Part shown: piece after piece, positions 39,152 to 51,258 of the stretch
How the letters are laid out: the number at the start of each line of letters is the position of its first letter
How positions within the stretch are numbered: the first letter of the stretch is position 1
From: Mobula birostris
Lineage: Eukaryota
Direction of reading: 5' to 3'
Length of the DNA stretch: 64,000 nucleotides
Assembly (NCBI RefSeq): GCF_030028105.1
Contig: NC_092379.1
Span: forward strand, 23,553,821-23,617,820
The notes under the pieces: model-generated
What the model saw: only the letters and a program-made list of their open reading frames with translations
Database searches by the model: none
Told to the model about the DNA's origin: nothing
Program-made: the position numbers and the translations under genes

Positions 39152-40166
39152 CTGCTTTTCAATTCGGAACAGTAAACTGCCTTTAGTAGACGATATTATC
39201 GAAGACATCTCAAGGCTTTATTTTTGGAAATTTGAAGGATATTCCACACACATGGTGGTGGTTGAATGGAGTACATAAGCTTGGGAAGTACGCGTTCTAA
39301 CTGATCTAACACACAAACACACACATGCTCCAAGCTATTTGTGTATCCGTCCTTGAACTCACGAGGCTCCAAGTCTTTCTCCTTGACAATTACAAATCAG
39401 GACTATTCATTTAGGACCTTTCCCACATTCCTTGCAACAGAGGGCCATATGTTCTTTCGCAGAATACTGTGGGAAAATAGGGGAAGATTACTGGGATCTC
39501 GATGGAGACTTTTGCATCTTCTTTAGTCATAGGTAAGGTCTGAGCAACCTGGAGGATAGCTCGAATCTTTCCTTTATTTCAGAAGTGCAGCATAGATAAT
39601 CCAGTAACATCAGAATAGTGAGCCTGATGTCAGTGGTAGGGAAATTATTGGAGATAATTATAAGGGGGACATTTGGAAAGACAGGGTGTACTGACGGATA
39701 GGCAGCGTGGCCTTGCGTTGGGAAAGTCTGCCTCACTAACACGATTGAGTTTTTTGAGGAGGCAACTGAGAAGGAAGGGCAGAAGGCATTGTCTGTGGAC
39801 TTCAGTAAAGGCCTTATGGAAGGCTCTACCACAGGGCCCTGCGTGGTAGTCTGATCCAGAAGGCTAAGTTAGATGAGAGTTAAGACTGTTCAGCTAATTG
39901 CATCGAAAATGAGCTTCAGGATAGGAGACAGAGGGTAAAGCTGGAAAGATATTTGTCTGATTGGAAGGCGGCATCCAAATATTTAAATTGAACCAAAATG
40001 GTATCTTTCGGGAACAGCAATGGACAGCAGTATATCATTTCAACTTTTCACCCTGGATTCTAATCGTATTGCCCCCTGACCCAATTCAGCCAGTTTCCCT
40101 TGATTTATAACGAAGGATTTTTCTTTCTGAGATGAATTGTACCAAACAAAATCAAGGTTGACTTAC

Positions 40167-40223
40167 GTGGAGTTACAGTCACAATCGTGCCAGATCCAAA
40201 TGTTATTTTGTTGCTGATACCCA
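40167..40223 (-). CDS. TRAJ: TRAJ segment (family A, C-proximal), GISNKITFGSGTIVTVTP
   Basis: Donor GTAAGT (plus acttac 40161-66); RSS plus-strand cacagta 40224-30, 12-bp spacer, acgaaaaca 40243-51. Confidence 0.92.
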
Positions 40224-40259
40224 CACAGTACTGGACAGCCTCACGAAAACACTACTTAC

Positions 40260-40316
40260 GTGGAGCGAGTGTCAAGCTGAACCCAGGTACAAATATTATT
40301 CGCCGGCTTTTACCCA
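40260..40316 (-). pseudogene. TRAJ: Defective TRAJ, GKSRRIIFVPGFSLTLAP
   Basis: Intact donor (40254-59) but FVPG replaces FGxG. Heptamer degenerate (no CAC); nonamer-like accaaaaca 40335-43. Confidence 0.75.
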
Positions 40317-40589
40317 AACTGGGGCGAAAACCTCACCAAAACAATGTCTATGAAGTGGTACAGAAATACAAACCTTTGGGACTGATGAATATAGAACGCA
40401 ATGGTCCCTGGACTTTAACAGGACTTTATAATTTTACATCTATCTTTTATCTCAGGGTTCCAGCATCTGTGGTTTTTGTGACAACACAAAAACATTTAGG
40501 GTACAGGATTAGACCCTCAAGCCTGTCTTGAACTTGAACTGATTTGTCCCAGGTTCGATCTCCTGACTGTGAAAGTTCTCCACAGCCTT

Positions 40590-42020
40590 CTATCTTAAGA
40601 CAGGAGCAGAATTCGGTCATTTGGCCCATCGAGTCTGCTCTGGCAATTAATCGTAGCTGATCATTTCCCTCTCATCCCGAATCCCTTCATGCCCTGACTA
40701 ATCAAGAATCCCTTAACCTTTGCTTTGAATAAACCCAATGACTTGGCCTCCACAGCCACCTGTAGCAACAAATTCCACAGATTTACCACACTCTGGTTAT
40801 GGAAGCTGCTCCTCATCTCCATTCTAAATGGATGTTCCTCTATTCTGAGGCAATGTTCTCTGGTCTTGGACTACCCCACCTTAGGAAACATCTTCTCCAA
40901 GGCCTTTCAACATTCGATAGGTTTCAATGAGATTCACGCCCCCTCCATTCTTCTGAATTCTAGAGTGTACATGCCTGGAGCCAGCAAACACCCGGAATAA
41001 TTTTCCTGAACCCTCTCCAACGTCAGCACATACTTTCTTAAATAAGAGGCCAAAACCGCTCATAATACTCCAAGCGAGTGCCTTACAAAGCCTCAATATT
41101 ACATCCTTGCTTTTATATTCTAGTCCGCTCGAAATGAATGCCAACATCGTATTTGCATTCCTCACCGTCGGAATCAACCTGCAAGTTATCCTTTAGAGAA
41201 TCCTGCAGGAGGACTCCTAAATCCCTTTGCACCTCAGACTTCTGAATTTCCTCTCAATTTCGAAAACACGTTTTTATTTCTTCTACCAAAGTGCATGGCC
41301 ATGCATTTCCCGACACTGTGTTCCATCTTCCACTCTGTGGCCATTGCCCTAATTTGTATAAATCCTTCCGGAGCATCTCTGATTCTTCAAAACTACCTGT
41401 CCTTCCACCTATCTTCGTATCATCCGCAAACTTGGCCACAAAGCCACCAATTTTGTCATCCAAGTCATTGACATATAACGTAAAAAGAAGCGGTCCCAAA
41501 ACAGACCCTTGTGGAACACTACTAGTCACCCGCAGCCAACCAGAAAAAGCTTCCTTTATTCCCACTTTTTACCTCCTGTCAATCAGCCAATGCTATATCC
41601 ATGCTAATATCTTCCCTGAAATACGATGGGCTCTTAACTTGCTAAAGAGCCCTCATGCGTGGCACCTTGGCAAAGGCGTTCTGAAAATCCAAGTGTACAA
41701 CATCCACCGATACCCCTGCTTGTTCATTCTTTAAAGAATATGAGCAGATTTATTAGGCAAGATTTTCGCTTAAGGAAACCATGTTGACTACGGCGTATTT
41801 TCACATGTGCCTCCACGTACACTGAAACCACAGCTTTAACTATCAACTCAAACATCTTCCCAACCACTGAGGTCATAATAACAGGCTTTCATTTCATTTC
41901 TTTTCCCTCTCTATTCTTTTGAAGAGTGGAGTGACGTTTTCAATTTTACAGTCCCCTGGAACCATGCTCCATCACTTCTTGAAAGATTATTACTAATACC
42001 TGCAGAACCGCTTTAGCCAT
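40590..42020 (-). mobile_element. CR1 LINE 3' portion inserted between J family A and B in the C-proximal unit only
   Basis: SSVPQGSVLGPLLFTLYVNDLD..KFADDTKIGG motif. The A-B distance is 2.3 kb here vs 0.84 kb in other units. Confidence 0.85.
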
Positions 42021-42495
42021 CTGTTTCTATTTTCTGATCATCCAGAACTTCACCCGTTGATAGTCCAACACTCAGAAACACCCAGAAGGAAGAAATAAAT
42101 GGCGCAATTTAAAGGAGAAGAAATCACAGGAATCCTCAATTTTAAATAAAAGATCCCTTCCCCCATATGTTCTTTAGACAAGAATCTTCAGTTGGTGAAA
42201 ATCCTCCTCACCCAACCTCCCAGCTTTCTCTTAATCTTACTCGGTTCAATAAGATCAGCTATCATCCTTCTAATATGCTTATTTTCAAGACTTACTTGGT
42301 TGTACAAGAAGCATGATCTAAGTAGCAAGTATTGATGTGCTGACGGATAAAGGTATACAGAGTCCCTGATCACTTAAAAGATACCTTTATGGTGCCAATC
42401 GCACCAACAGGTCAACAGAGCGCCTTTTCTGTCAATATTTCTATGCTCCAAGAGGGAATAACAGATCAAATGATTGATAAGCAAGGATGACTTAC

Positions 42496-42552
42496 TTGGA
42501 GTTACAGTCAGTCCAGTTCCAGGTCCAAATATTATTTTGAAATCACTCTTCA
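42496..42552 (-). CDS. TRAJ: TRAJ (family B), KSDFKIIFGPGTGLTVTP
   Basis: Donor 42490-95; cacggtg 42553-59, 12-bp spacer, tcaaaatct 42572-80. Confidence 0.9.
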
Positions 42553-44022
42553 CACGGTGTGACACATCCACTCAAAATCTCTACGATCAATTGTGGCGTG
42601 CGGCCCGTGGGATACTGTGCACATTTAAATGATGCTCACACTTCACGCTTTGGAAGGAAATTGTGCACCGAACGAAGAAATGAAAACATATGGACAAGAG
42701 TCGCTCGTCTGGCCCTCTGAGCCGGTTTTACCAGTCAATACAACATGGTTGATCCACCATCGCAATAACATGCACAACTCGCCCTGTACTTCTCCGTGCT
42801 TTATGCATAGACATAATTAGCTGCTGAGTACACAATTGGCTAAAACATCTTTTTAAAATCTATAAAGCCAATAATAGATATGCATAATTGCTATCTATTT
42901 ATCTATCTTTCCACCTTATCTTTTTTATCCATCCAGCTATCCAGCCGTCTATCTACATTTAACCACTTATCAGCCTGTCTGTTTTTTCATACACGTCTCT
43001 GACTCTATCTTTCAGTTCGGCTATTCATTTGAATCTCAGTTCATCGGTCTGCCTGTTTGTCCGTCTAACTAGATTACAGAGTACAGTGGACATTTTATTC
43101 CTAGTCTGTGACATCTGAAAATGGTTTTCAAAAGAAGGAGAAAGTGTTGAAAGAGGCATACAGAATATTTGTCTTCACCAGGCAGCTAACTGCAGGAACT
43201 TTATGGAAGAAAATTAGAAACAATTGGTTTGGTCACTCTTGGAATATTATGCAGCCACTCTATAGGAAGGATTTGATGGTGTTGGAGAGTGTCCAGAAAA
43301 AGATTCATTAAGCTGTTGCTCAGGTTGGAGAGTTTCAGCTATAATTGATAGTCTCAGTTTGTTTCCCTTGGATCTGGCGAAGGTGAGAGTGTCCTGGTTA
43401 AGGTGTACACAGTGGTCTCGGGCTAACTTCAGCAGCAAAAGTTGGCTATGGGAAAGGTACGTAACGATGGAGGACATAGGTTTAGAGAGGATTGGATGGT
43501 TATTCATAGAGGAATCTTTCATCTAGATGATGGCCGGGATCCGGAATGCCCAGCCAAAAGTCGTGGAAGCTCTACGCAAAATATTTCAGAAATACGTAGA
43601 CGACAACTTGAATCGCCAAATCATCAAAATCTATGGGTATCCGTCGAAAAATGGGTAGGTAGGAAGCTCATTATTGGCGTGGATATGTTGGGCTGTGGAC
43701 TGTAACAGTAATATTACCTTCAAATTCTGTGAGTTAATCAACAACATGTCCTACTTTTTACTTTTCTGATGAAGAGAAACTCTGCCATTTTACTTACTAA
43801 GTTGAACAACGAGTTTTGTCCCACTTCCAAACGTTAACTTGTTGCCCATTCCATATATCACACAATAACTGAATTTAATACAATAAATACCCGCTGACCA
43901 CCCCATTATAATACTCCAAAAATGAAACAGCCTGGTTACCGCAGCCAATCCCAAATTCAGGCACATTGGAGCTAATTATTCTCATAAACCTTCCATGTTA
44001 AGAGCAGGTGAGGGTGACTTAT

Positions 44023-44079
44023 TTGGAATCACAGTGACTCTAGTTCCTGGTCCAAAGGTTAATGGTTGGATGTTAGTCA
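44023..44079 (-). pseudogene. TRAJ: TRAJ (family D) with dead splice donor, TNIQPLTFGPGTRVTVIP
   Basis: Open frame and good RSS (cacactg 44080-86 / 12 / acaataacc 44099-107), but the donor reads ATAAGT (plus acttat 44017-22). The paralog at 50092 has GTAAGT. Confidence 0.85.
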
Positions 44080-44994
44080 CACACTGTTAGATAACATTAC
44101 AATAACCCGGATCGAGTAAATGACACTTTATGGGAAATATTGATAAGTGGCCTTAAATATAGTGTCTGCTGTGCTGCATTATAAACTACGAATATAACTA
44201 ATGTAAGTATTTGCTGATACATTATTTTATTTCTATTTGTTAAAGTACGTCTCAATCTATAAATGGACATATTAGCTCAGTCACAGAAAGATACATCTTA
44301 GAAACAGACCCTTCAGCCCAACGAGTCGTGCTGACCATTAAACGCCCACTTGCACTAATCATAAGATCGTACAGCACCGACACTGGCCCCTAAGCCCAGT
44401 TAGACCCTCTTGCACGTAATTATATAAATCCTACCCTAACTATTTATCTCTTCCCAAATTTTCATCAACTCTTTTCAGACTCCTGCATTCGCACACACAC
44501 TGGAGGCAATATGTCCATTATCCTTCCAAACTGCTTGACATTGAAACGGGGAAGGAAGTCAGAGAAAATCTACAAGGTCGCAGGAAATTCAGGCCAACTG
44601 CACACATTCAGCTCTGGAGCTGAGGATGGAATGCAGATCTCTGGAGCTGTCGTGGCGTTACCTACTGCCCCACTCTGCCGTCTCATCTATGTGGGACTTA
44701 TATCTCTTTTTGTCTTTCAATTAACACTCTTTGCCTTCCCGCCCCTCCATTTATACGTGGTTTAAGACATTTCAATAAAAAGAGTCCGGTATCCAATTTT
44801 ATTTTCAACTAATCATTAAAAAGGTAATCACCTGGAAAAGGAATTTATTTCACCTGAAGTAAATTGACCTGCAACCAGATTGAAAGCTAACCGATCTATT
44901 TAAGGGTTAGAGGTTGCACCAAATCGTATTTTCAAACATGTTGTGTCCCAGATTTACACTTCATCCTTTAGGGTAGCCAAACATGAGCACTTAC

Positions 44995-45056
44995 TGGGTC
45001 TATAATCACGTTGGTCCTACTCCCGGATATTAACTTGCTAATGCCTGTATCATTCA
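44995..45056 (-). pseudogene. TRAJ: TRAJ pseudogene (family E), NDTGISKLISGSRTNVIIDP
   Basis: Donor intact but phase 0 (1-nt loss); SGSR replaces FGxG; heptamer caaagta; poor nonamer. Confidence 0.75.
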
Positions 45057-45403
45057 CAAAGTATTTGACCCTCTTTGAAATGAACCCGTTTCATTATATT
45101 TTAAAAGGGTCATTTGCAATGCCTTCCTTGTCAATTGACCCTAATTAATAAAAGTACTAAGAAGGTTTTGTCAATGATGTCGTCTGTATCTGAATCTAGG
45201 GGATGTGGGAGAGGTCTTATATTAGAACTGTTGATCAGTAATCGACAGGGATTGAGACACGAAGGATAGCGGTTAATGTGGTAGGTTGGATATATAACAG
45301 TTCAGAGAAAGTGGCTTGGAACGCATATGGGTGGATAGCTTAACTCCCCAAAGTCGGTGAAACGTTTTCCAGAATACTATGGAAAACAAGGGAAATATTG
45401 CTG

Positions 45404-45611
45404 CTAACACGAGGAATTCTGCAGATACTGGAAATTCAAGGAACACACATCAAAAATGCCGGTGAACGCAGCAGGCCAGGCAGCATCTCTAGGAAGAGGT
45501 ACAGTTGACGTTTCAGGCTCTTTCTTCAGTTAGTCCTGACGAAGGGTCTCGGCCTAAACGTCGACTGTACCTCCTCCTAGAGATGCTGCCTGGTCTGCTG
45601 TGTTCACCAGC
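45404..45611. mobile_element. Penelope-derived short insertion with internal inversion, 11-bp TSD
   Basis: TSD aaatattgctg (45393-403, 45612-22); empty site in the paralog at ~51596; inverted arms 45461-517 and 45553-608. Confidence 0.88.
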
Positions 45612-46356
45612 AAATATTGCTGATATCCTGATGGAGAATTTTACATCTTCGTGGTCACAGTTGAGGTGTCAAAACACTGGAGGACACCTGGCGTTTTCTG
45701 TTATTTCAGCAGTATGGCTAAAAGAGGCTGGTGAACCCAAAATCAGTGGTCGGTGGATGAAGAAAATTCTAAGGAGCAGGAATTCTGTAGATTTGGCAAA
45801 ACAAAGATACATAAGGGCAGTTCGCATGCTATAGTGTGTGGTAAATTCTGCCTTACTAATTTGATTGAATTTTTTAAAGGAGAATACCGAGAAGACTTAC
45901 GAAGCTAGGGCAATAGATGTCTCTACAAACTTCAGTAAGGCGTTACCGATGGTCCTACCACTAAAGACCTGCGTGGTAGCATGATTCAGAATGATGCAGA
46001 TGAGAGTCACAGCTATTTTGCTAATTGGATGCAAAATGGACTTTATGATAGGAAGAAATGGGTAATGGTAAAACAATTTTCTTTTATGATTGAATTTTAG
46101 TATCTGAATATATTAATATTTAAATGCCATCAGCTCGCAGCAGCAATAGGACATATACTCCCTATCTACTTTCAAAGACAGAAGCAGTGTATGTGTGTGT
46201 GTATACATATATATATATGCACATATATATTTGCTTTTCACCTTGGAGTCTACTACTGTTCTCACGTGACACAATTCAACAAGACTTTCTTGATTTTTAA
46301 ACTTACAAAGTTCACTCAGGGATATATTGCACCCAATACAAGCAAAGTCGACTTGC

Positions 46357-46413
46357 GTGGAGTTACAGTTAGGCTGGTTCCTTATCCAAATGTTATTCCG
46401 TAGCTCTGACCCA
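46357..46413 (-). pseudogene. TRAJ: TRAJ pseudogene (family A), GQSYGITFG*GTSLTVTP
   Basis: In-frame TAA inside FGxG and donor GCAAGT. RSS cacagca 46414-20 / 12 / acaaaaaca 46433-41. Confidence 0.9.
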
Positions 46414-47194
46414 CACAGCAGTGGGCAGCCTCACAAAAACACGTCTGCTAGGTGCTATAGAAATGTAAACGTTTGTTTTGGTAATGATGACTGTAGATTG
46501 TGATGTCCCCAGGACTGAAACTTACCAGGAGTTTCTTTTTTAAAAAAATCTCGGGGTAGCAGAATTTGTTTTATTCTGATTAGAAATAAACACTTAAGGA
46601 CAGTAGGCCACCCTGTCACTCAGACCTGCCCTACTATTCAACATGAACTGATATGTCCCAGGTCCCATCTCCTCTTTTGCACGAGATCGTCATAAGCTTG
46701 AATTTTCCAATCACACAGAAATTCATCTACTTACTCCTTCAATATCACCGATGGTCCACCTCTCACAATCAGTTGCGGTGTGGACTTCCAGAGATTCACT
46801 CGTCCCTGAAAGAATAAATCTCTAAATGCACAGTTTCAAATAATAGATCCTTTCCCTTGCTTGTCCCTCATTTACTGGTCTTCAAATGGTGGAAACATCT
46901 TCTCATCTAACTGTCAAACCTTTTCGAAATCCACACTTTTCAATAAGATCACCTATCGTTCTTCCAATAGATCGTAACTCTAACTTTTCAACATTTTGTA
47001 CAAGGTGCGTGGTCGCACTAACAACTATTATAACAGCTGTCGGCTTCAGATCCGTACAGTAGCTAAGCCAATATCAAGATACTATCAATCCCGCCAGCAA
47101 GGCCACAGAAAGACCAGAAAGTAAATATTTCTAGGCGGCAATAATGCCAAGCAGGAATAATGGACCAAGTGATTGGTGAACAAGGGTGACTTAC

Positions 47195-47251
47195 TTGGAG
47201 TTACAGTGAGCCTGGTTCCCGATCCAAATATTACTTTGACGTTATTATTCG
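47195..47251 (-). CDS. TRAJ: TRAJ (family B), NNNVKVIFGSGTRLTVTP
   Basis: Donor 47189-94; consensus heptamer cacagtg 47252-58 / 12 / ccaaaaact 47271-79. Confidence 0.93.
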
Positions 47252-48691
47252 CACAGTGTGAGACGTCCACCCAAAAACTTGGCCCCATTGCCAGATGTGG
47301 CCTTTGGCTCATGAGATTCTGTGCACATAGATATGATATTCATACTTCTCATTGTGGAGGGGAATTGTATTCTAGGGAAAGACCCAGGGGCAGGAATCAA
47401 CAATTTGGTTCTCCTTGCTGGCTCTGTCACTTAGTACAATCATGACGATCCACCATCTCAATGCCATGCACTACTTCAGGGTGCTTCTTGCATAGGGATA
47501 ATTATCGGGAAATTAGTGACAGAGCACTGCCTTTGAGATATAATGGTAACATTCCATACATGCAATTCCTGACAATCTATCTGTAAAGAGTAAGCACTTA
47601 TCTGTCTATATGTTGTCAGTCCGTGTACTTACCTACCTACCCATCTATCGATCTATCTGTATTTTCCCATGCATCAGAATGAATCAGAATCTCTTTGTCT
47701 GTGTACCTTTCGTTTCGTCCATTTGTCTGAATCTCGATTAATCTGTCTGTCCAACTAGATTACAAGTTATGGTGGGCATTTGCTCTCCTAGGCTACGAGA
47801 CCTGAAAATCGATTTGAAAAAAGATGGAAGTGTTGAGTGAGTCACACAGAGTACTTGTCTTCACTAACCAGGCAATAGAACACAAAAGCAGGAAGGTTAT
47901 GTAACAAGTTTTCAAAAGATTGGTTTGGTCACTCTTGGAATATTATGCAATGTTATGGACGCCTCACTATAGAAAGGAATTGATTGTGTTGGGGATGTGC
48001 ATAAAAGATGCGTAAGGTTGTCGCCCAGGTTGGAGCAATTCAATTATGATTGATAGCGTCCGTTTGTTGCTCTTGGAGCTGTCCAGCAAACGTTCATGAA
48101 AAAGGTACTTAAAGTTAGAGGACATAGGTTTAGGGAACGATTAGAGCTCTTAGGGTTATCCAAAGAGGGTTTTTTTTTCACCCAGAGGATGGATGGGTCG
48201 GTATGCACGTTATTTAAGAATTATGTAGAGGATAGCGTGAATGGTCAAATGATCAAAGTGTATAGGCGATTAATTCGTATTTGGGTAGGTAGAAAGCTGA
48301 TGATTGGCGTGAATATGATGGGCTGAAAGGCCGTATTCCTTACATTCTAACTTTTATATTACCTTAAAATTCTGTGAGTTAGTTGCATATTTTGCCTGTT
48401 TTGGCAAAAAGGCAGAATGTCCTGCATTTCCTTCGCTGAGGAAGAGAAACTCGGTCATTTTGCTTTCTGTGTTCCACAAGGAGTCTTGGTCCACTTCTAA
48501 ACATTAATTTACTGCCCATTCCACAATTTACACAGGAAAAGAAACTCTTACAATAATATCCGCTGACTAACCCATTGTAGTGTTTCAAAAAGAAATCAGT
48601 ACTTTTATTCCAGCGAATCCCAAATTCAGGCATATGAATGCCGATTACACTCATAAACCGTTTATGTTAAGAGCAGCTGAGGGTGACTTAC

Positions 48692-48748
48692 TTGGAATCA
48701 CAGTCAGTCTAGTTCCCGATCCAAAGATTATTGGTAAGTTGCTTTTCA
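48692..48748 (-). CDS. TRAJ: TRAJ (family C), KSNLPIIFGSGTRLTVIP
   Basis: Donor 48686-91; cacactg 48749-55 / 12 / acaataacc 48768-76. Confidence 0.92.
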
Positions 48749-50097
48749 CACACTGTTGGATAACATTACAATAACCCGGAGCCACTAAGGGGCTCTTTAT
48801 GGGAAATATTAGTGAGTCCACTTAAACATAATACTTGCTCTGCTTCATTATAAAACAGAATTGCAACTTATGTAAGCAACTGCTGATACATTATTTTACT
48901 TCTGTTTGCTAATGAATGTATGAATTTACTAATGGACGTATTAGGCCAGACACGAAAATTTACGAAACAGAAACAGATCCATCCTATCACTTATTCATTC
49001 AGCTATCTATTTGTCTATCTACATTTTACCATTCATCAGACTATTTGTTTTCCCAATTGTTTTCTGTGACTCTGCATTTTTCAGTTCGTCTATTCATGTG
49101 AACCTCGATTCATCGGTCTGTCTATTTGTCTGTCTAACTAGATTATAGGCTATAGTGGACATTTTTTTTCCTAGTCTGTGACATCTGAAAATGGTTTTCA
49201 AAAGAAGGAGTAAGTGTTGAAGGAGGCATACAGAATATTTGCCTTCACCAGCCAGATAAGTGCAGGAAATTTATGGAAGAAAATTAGAAACAATTGGTTT
49301 GGTCACTCTTGGAATATTATGCAGGCACTCTATAGGAAGGATTTGATGGTGTTAGAGAGTGTAAAGAAAAGATTCATCAGGCTGTTGCCCAGGTTGGAAA
49401 GTTTCAGCTATAATTGATAGTCTCAGTTTGTTTCACTTGGATCTGGCGAAGGTGAGAGTGTCCTGGTTAAGTTGCACACAGTGGTCTGGTGCTAACTTCA
49501 GCAACAAAAGTTGGCTACGCTAAAGGTACGTAAGGATGGAGGACACAGGTTTAGAGAGGAGTGGAGCTTTTATAGTTATTGATAGAGGGATCTTTCATCT
49601 AGAGGATGGTTAGGATACCGGACGCCCTGTCAAAAGTGGTGGAAGCTGTATGCAAAATATTTCAGAATTATGTAGACGACAACTTGAATCGCCAAATCAT
49701 CAAAGTCTATGGGGATCCATCGAAAAATGGGTAGGTAGAAAGCTCGTTACTGGCGTGGATTTGTTGGGCTGTGCACTGTAACAGTAATATTACCTTCAAA
49801 TTCTGTGAGTTAATCAATAACATGTCCTACGTTTCCTTTTCTAATGAAGAGAAAATCTGCCATTTTACTTACTAGGTTGAACAACGAGTTTTGTCCCACT
49901 TCCAAACGTTAACTTGTTGCCTATTCCATATATCACACAGAAACTGAGCTTAATGCAATAAATACCCGCTGACCACCCCATTATAATACCCCAAAAATGA
50001 AACAGCCTAGTTACCGCAGTGAATCCTAAATTCAGGCATATTGGAGCTAATTATGCTCATAAACCTTCCATGTTAAGAGCAGGTGAGGGTGACTTAC

Positions 50098-50154
50098 TTG
50101 GAATCACAGTCACTCTTGTTCCTGGTCCAAAGGTTAATGGTTGCATGTTATTCA
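50098..50154 (-). CDS. TRAJ: TRAJ (family D), NNMQPLTFGPGTRVTVIP
   Basis: Donor 50092-97; cacactg 50155-61 / 12 / acaataacc 50174-82. Confidence 0.92.
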
Positions 50155-51071
50155 CACACTGTTAGATAACATTACAATAACCCTGAACCAGTAAATGACA
50201 CTTTATGGGAAATATTGATAAGTGACCTTAAATATAATGTCTGTCCTGCTGCATTATAAACCACAAATATAACTAATGTAAGTATTTGCGGATACATTAT
50301 TTTATTTCTATTTGTTAAAGTATGTCTCAACCTATAAATGAACATATTAGCTCGGTCACAGAAAGATACATCTTAGAAACAGACCCTTCAGCCCAACGAG
50401 TCGTGCTGACCATCAAACGCCCACTTGCACTAATCATAAGATCGTACAGCACCGACACTGGCCCTTAAGCCCAGTTAGACCCTCTTGTACGTAATTACAG
50501 AAATCCTACCCTAGCTATTTTTCTCTTCCCAAATTTTCATCAAGTCTTTTCAGATTCCTGCATTCGGACACACATTGGAGGCAATATGTCCATTATCCTT
50601 CCAAACTGCTTGACATTGAAACGAGGAAGGAAGTCAGAGAAAATCTACAAGGTCGGCAGGAAATTCAGGCCAACTGCACACATTCAGCTTTGGAGCTGTC
50701 GATGTAATGAGGATCTCTGGAGCTGTCGTGGCGTTACCTACTGCCCCACTCTGCCGTCTCATCTATGTGGGACTTATATCTCTTTTTGTCTTTCAATTAG
50801 CACTCTTTGTCTTCCTGCCCCTCCATATGTACGTAAAGTTTAAGACATTTCAATAAAAAGAGTCCGTTATCCAATTTTATTTTCAACTAATCATTGAGAA
50901 GGTATCACTTGGAAAAGGAATATATTTTACCTGAAGTAAATTGACCTGCAACCATATTGAAAGCTAACCGATCTATTTAAGGGTTAGAGGTTGCACCAAA
51001 TCGTATTTTCAAACATGTTATGTCCCATCTTTACACTTCTTCCTTTAGGATAGCCATACATGAGCACCTAC

Positions 51072-51258
51072 TGGTTTCCATAATTACATTGGTCCTACTC
51101 CCGGATATTCTGACGTAGGGTCTCGGGCTGAAACGTCGACTGTACCTCTTCCTAGAGATGCTGCCTGGTCTGCTGCGTTCACCAGCAACTTGAATTTCCA
51201 GCATCTGCAGAATTCCTCGTGTTCCCGGATATTAACTTGCTATTGCCTGTATGATTCA
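51072..51258 (-). pseudogene. TRAJ: TRAJ pseudogene (family E) interrupted by a 113-bp insertion
   Basis: Removing 51110-51222 and one TSD copy gives NHTGNSKLISGSRTNVIMET; donor GTAGGT; heptamer caaacta. Confidence 0.8.
51110..51222 (+). mobile_element. Penelope-derived short insertion inside a J pseudogene, 11-bp TSD
   Basis: TSD tcccggatatt (51099-109, 51223-33); empty site in the paralog at ~45020; same subfamily as 45404-45611. Confidence 0.9.

Noticed and set aside
42290-42352. J-like stretch with donor (…LLVQP|GTAAGT)
   Set aside because: It has an in-frame stop, no FGxG and no credible RSS. It aligns with the CR1 3' relic found at the same position in other units.
43080-43700. Repeated ORF-like fragments between Js (also ~47800, 49150, 53750, 55150)
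   Set aside because: They are decayed CR1 3' ends copied with the block, with frequent stops; not host genes.
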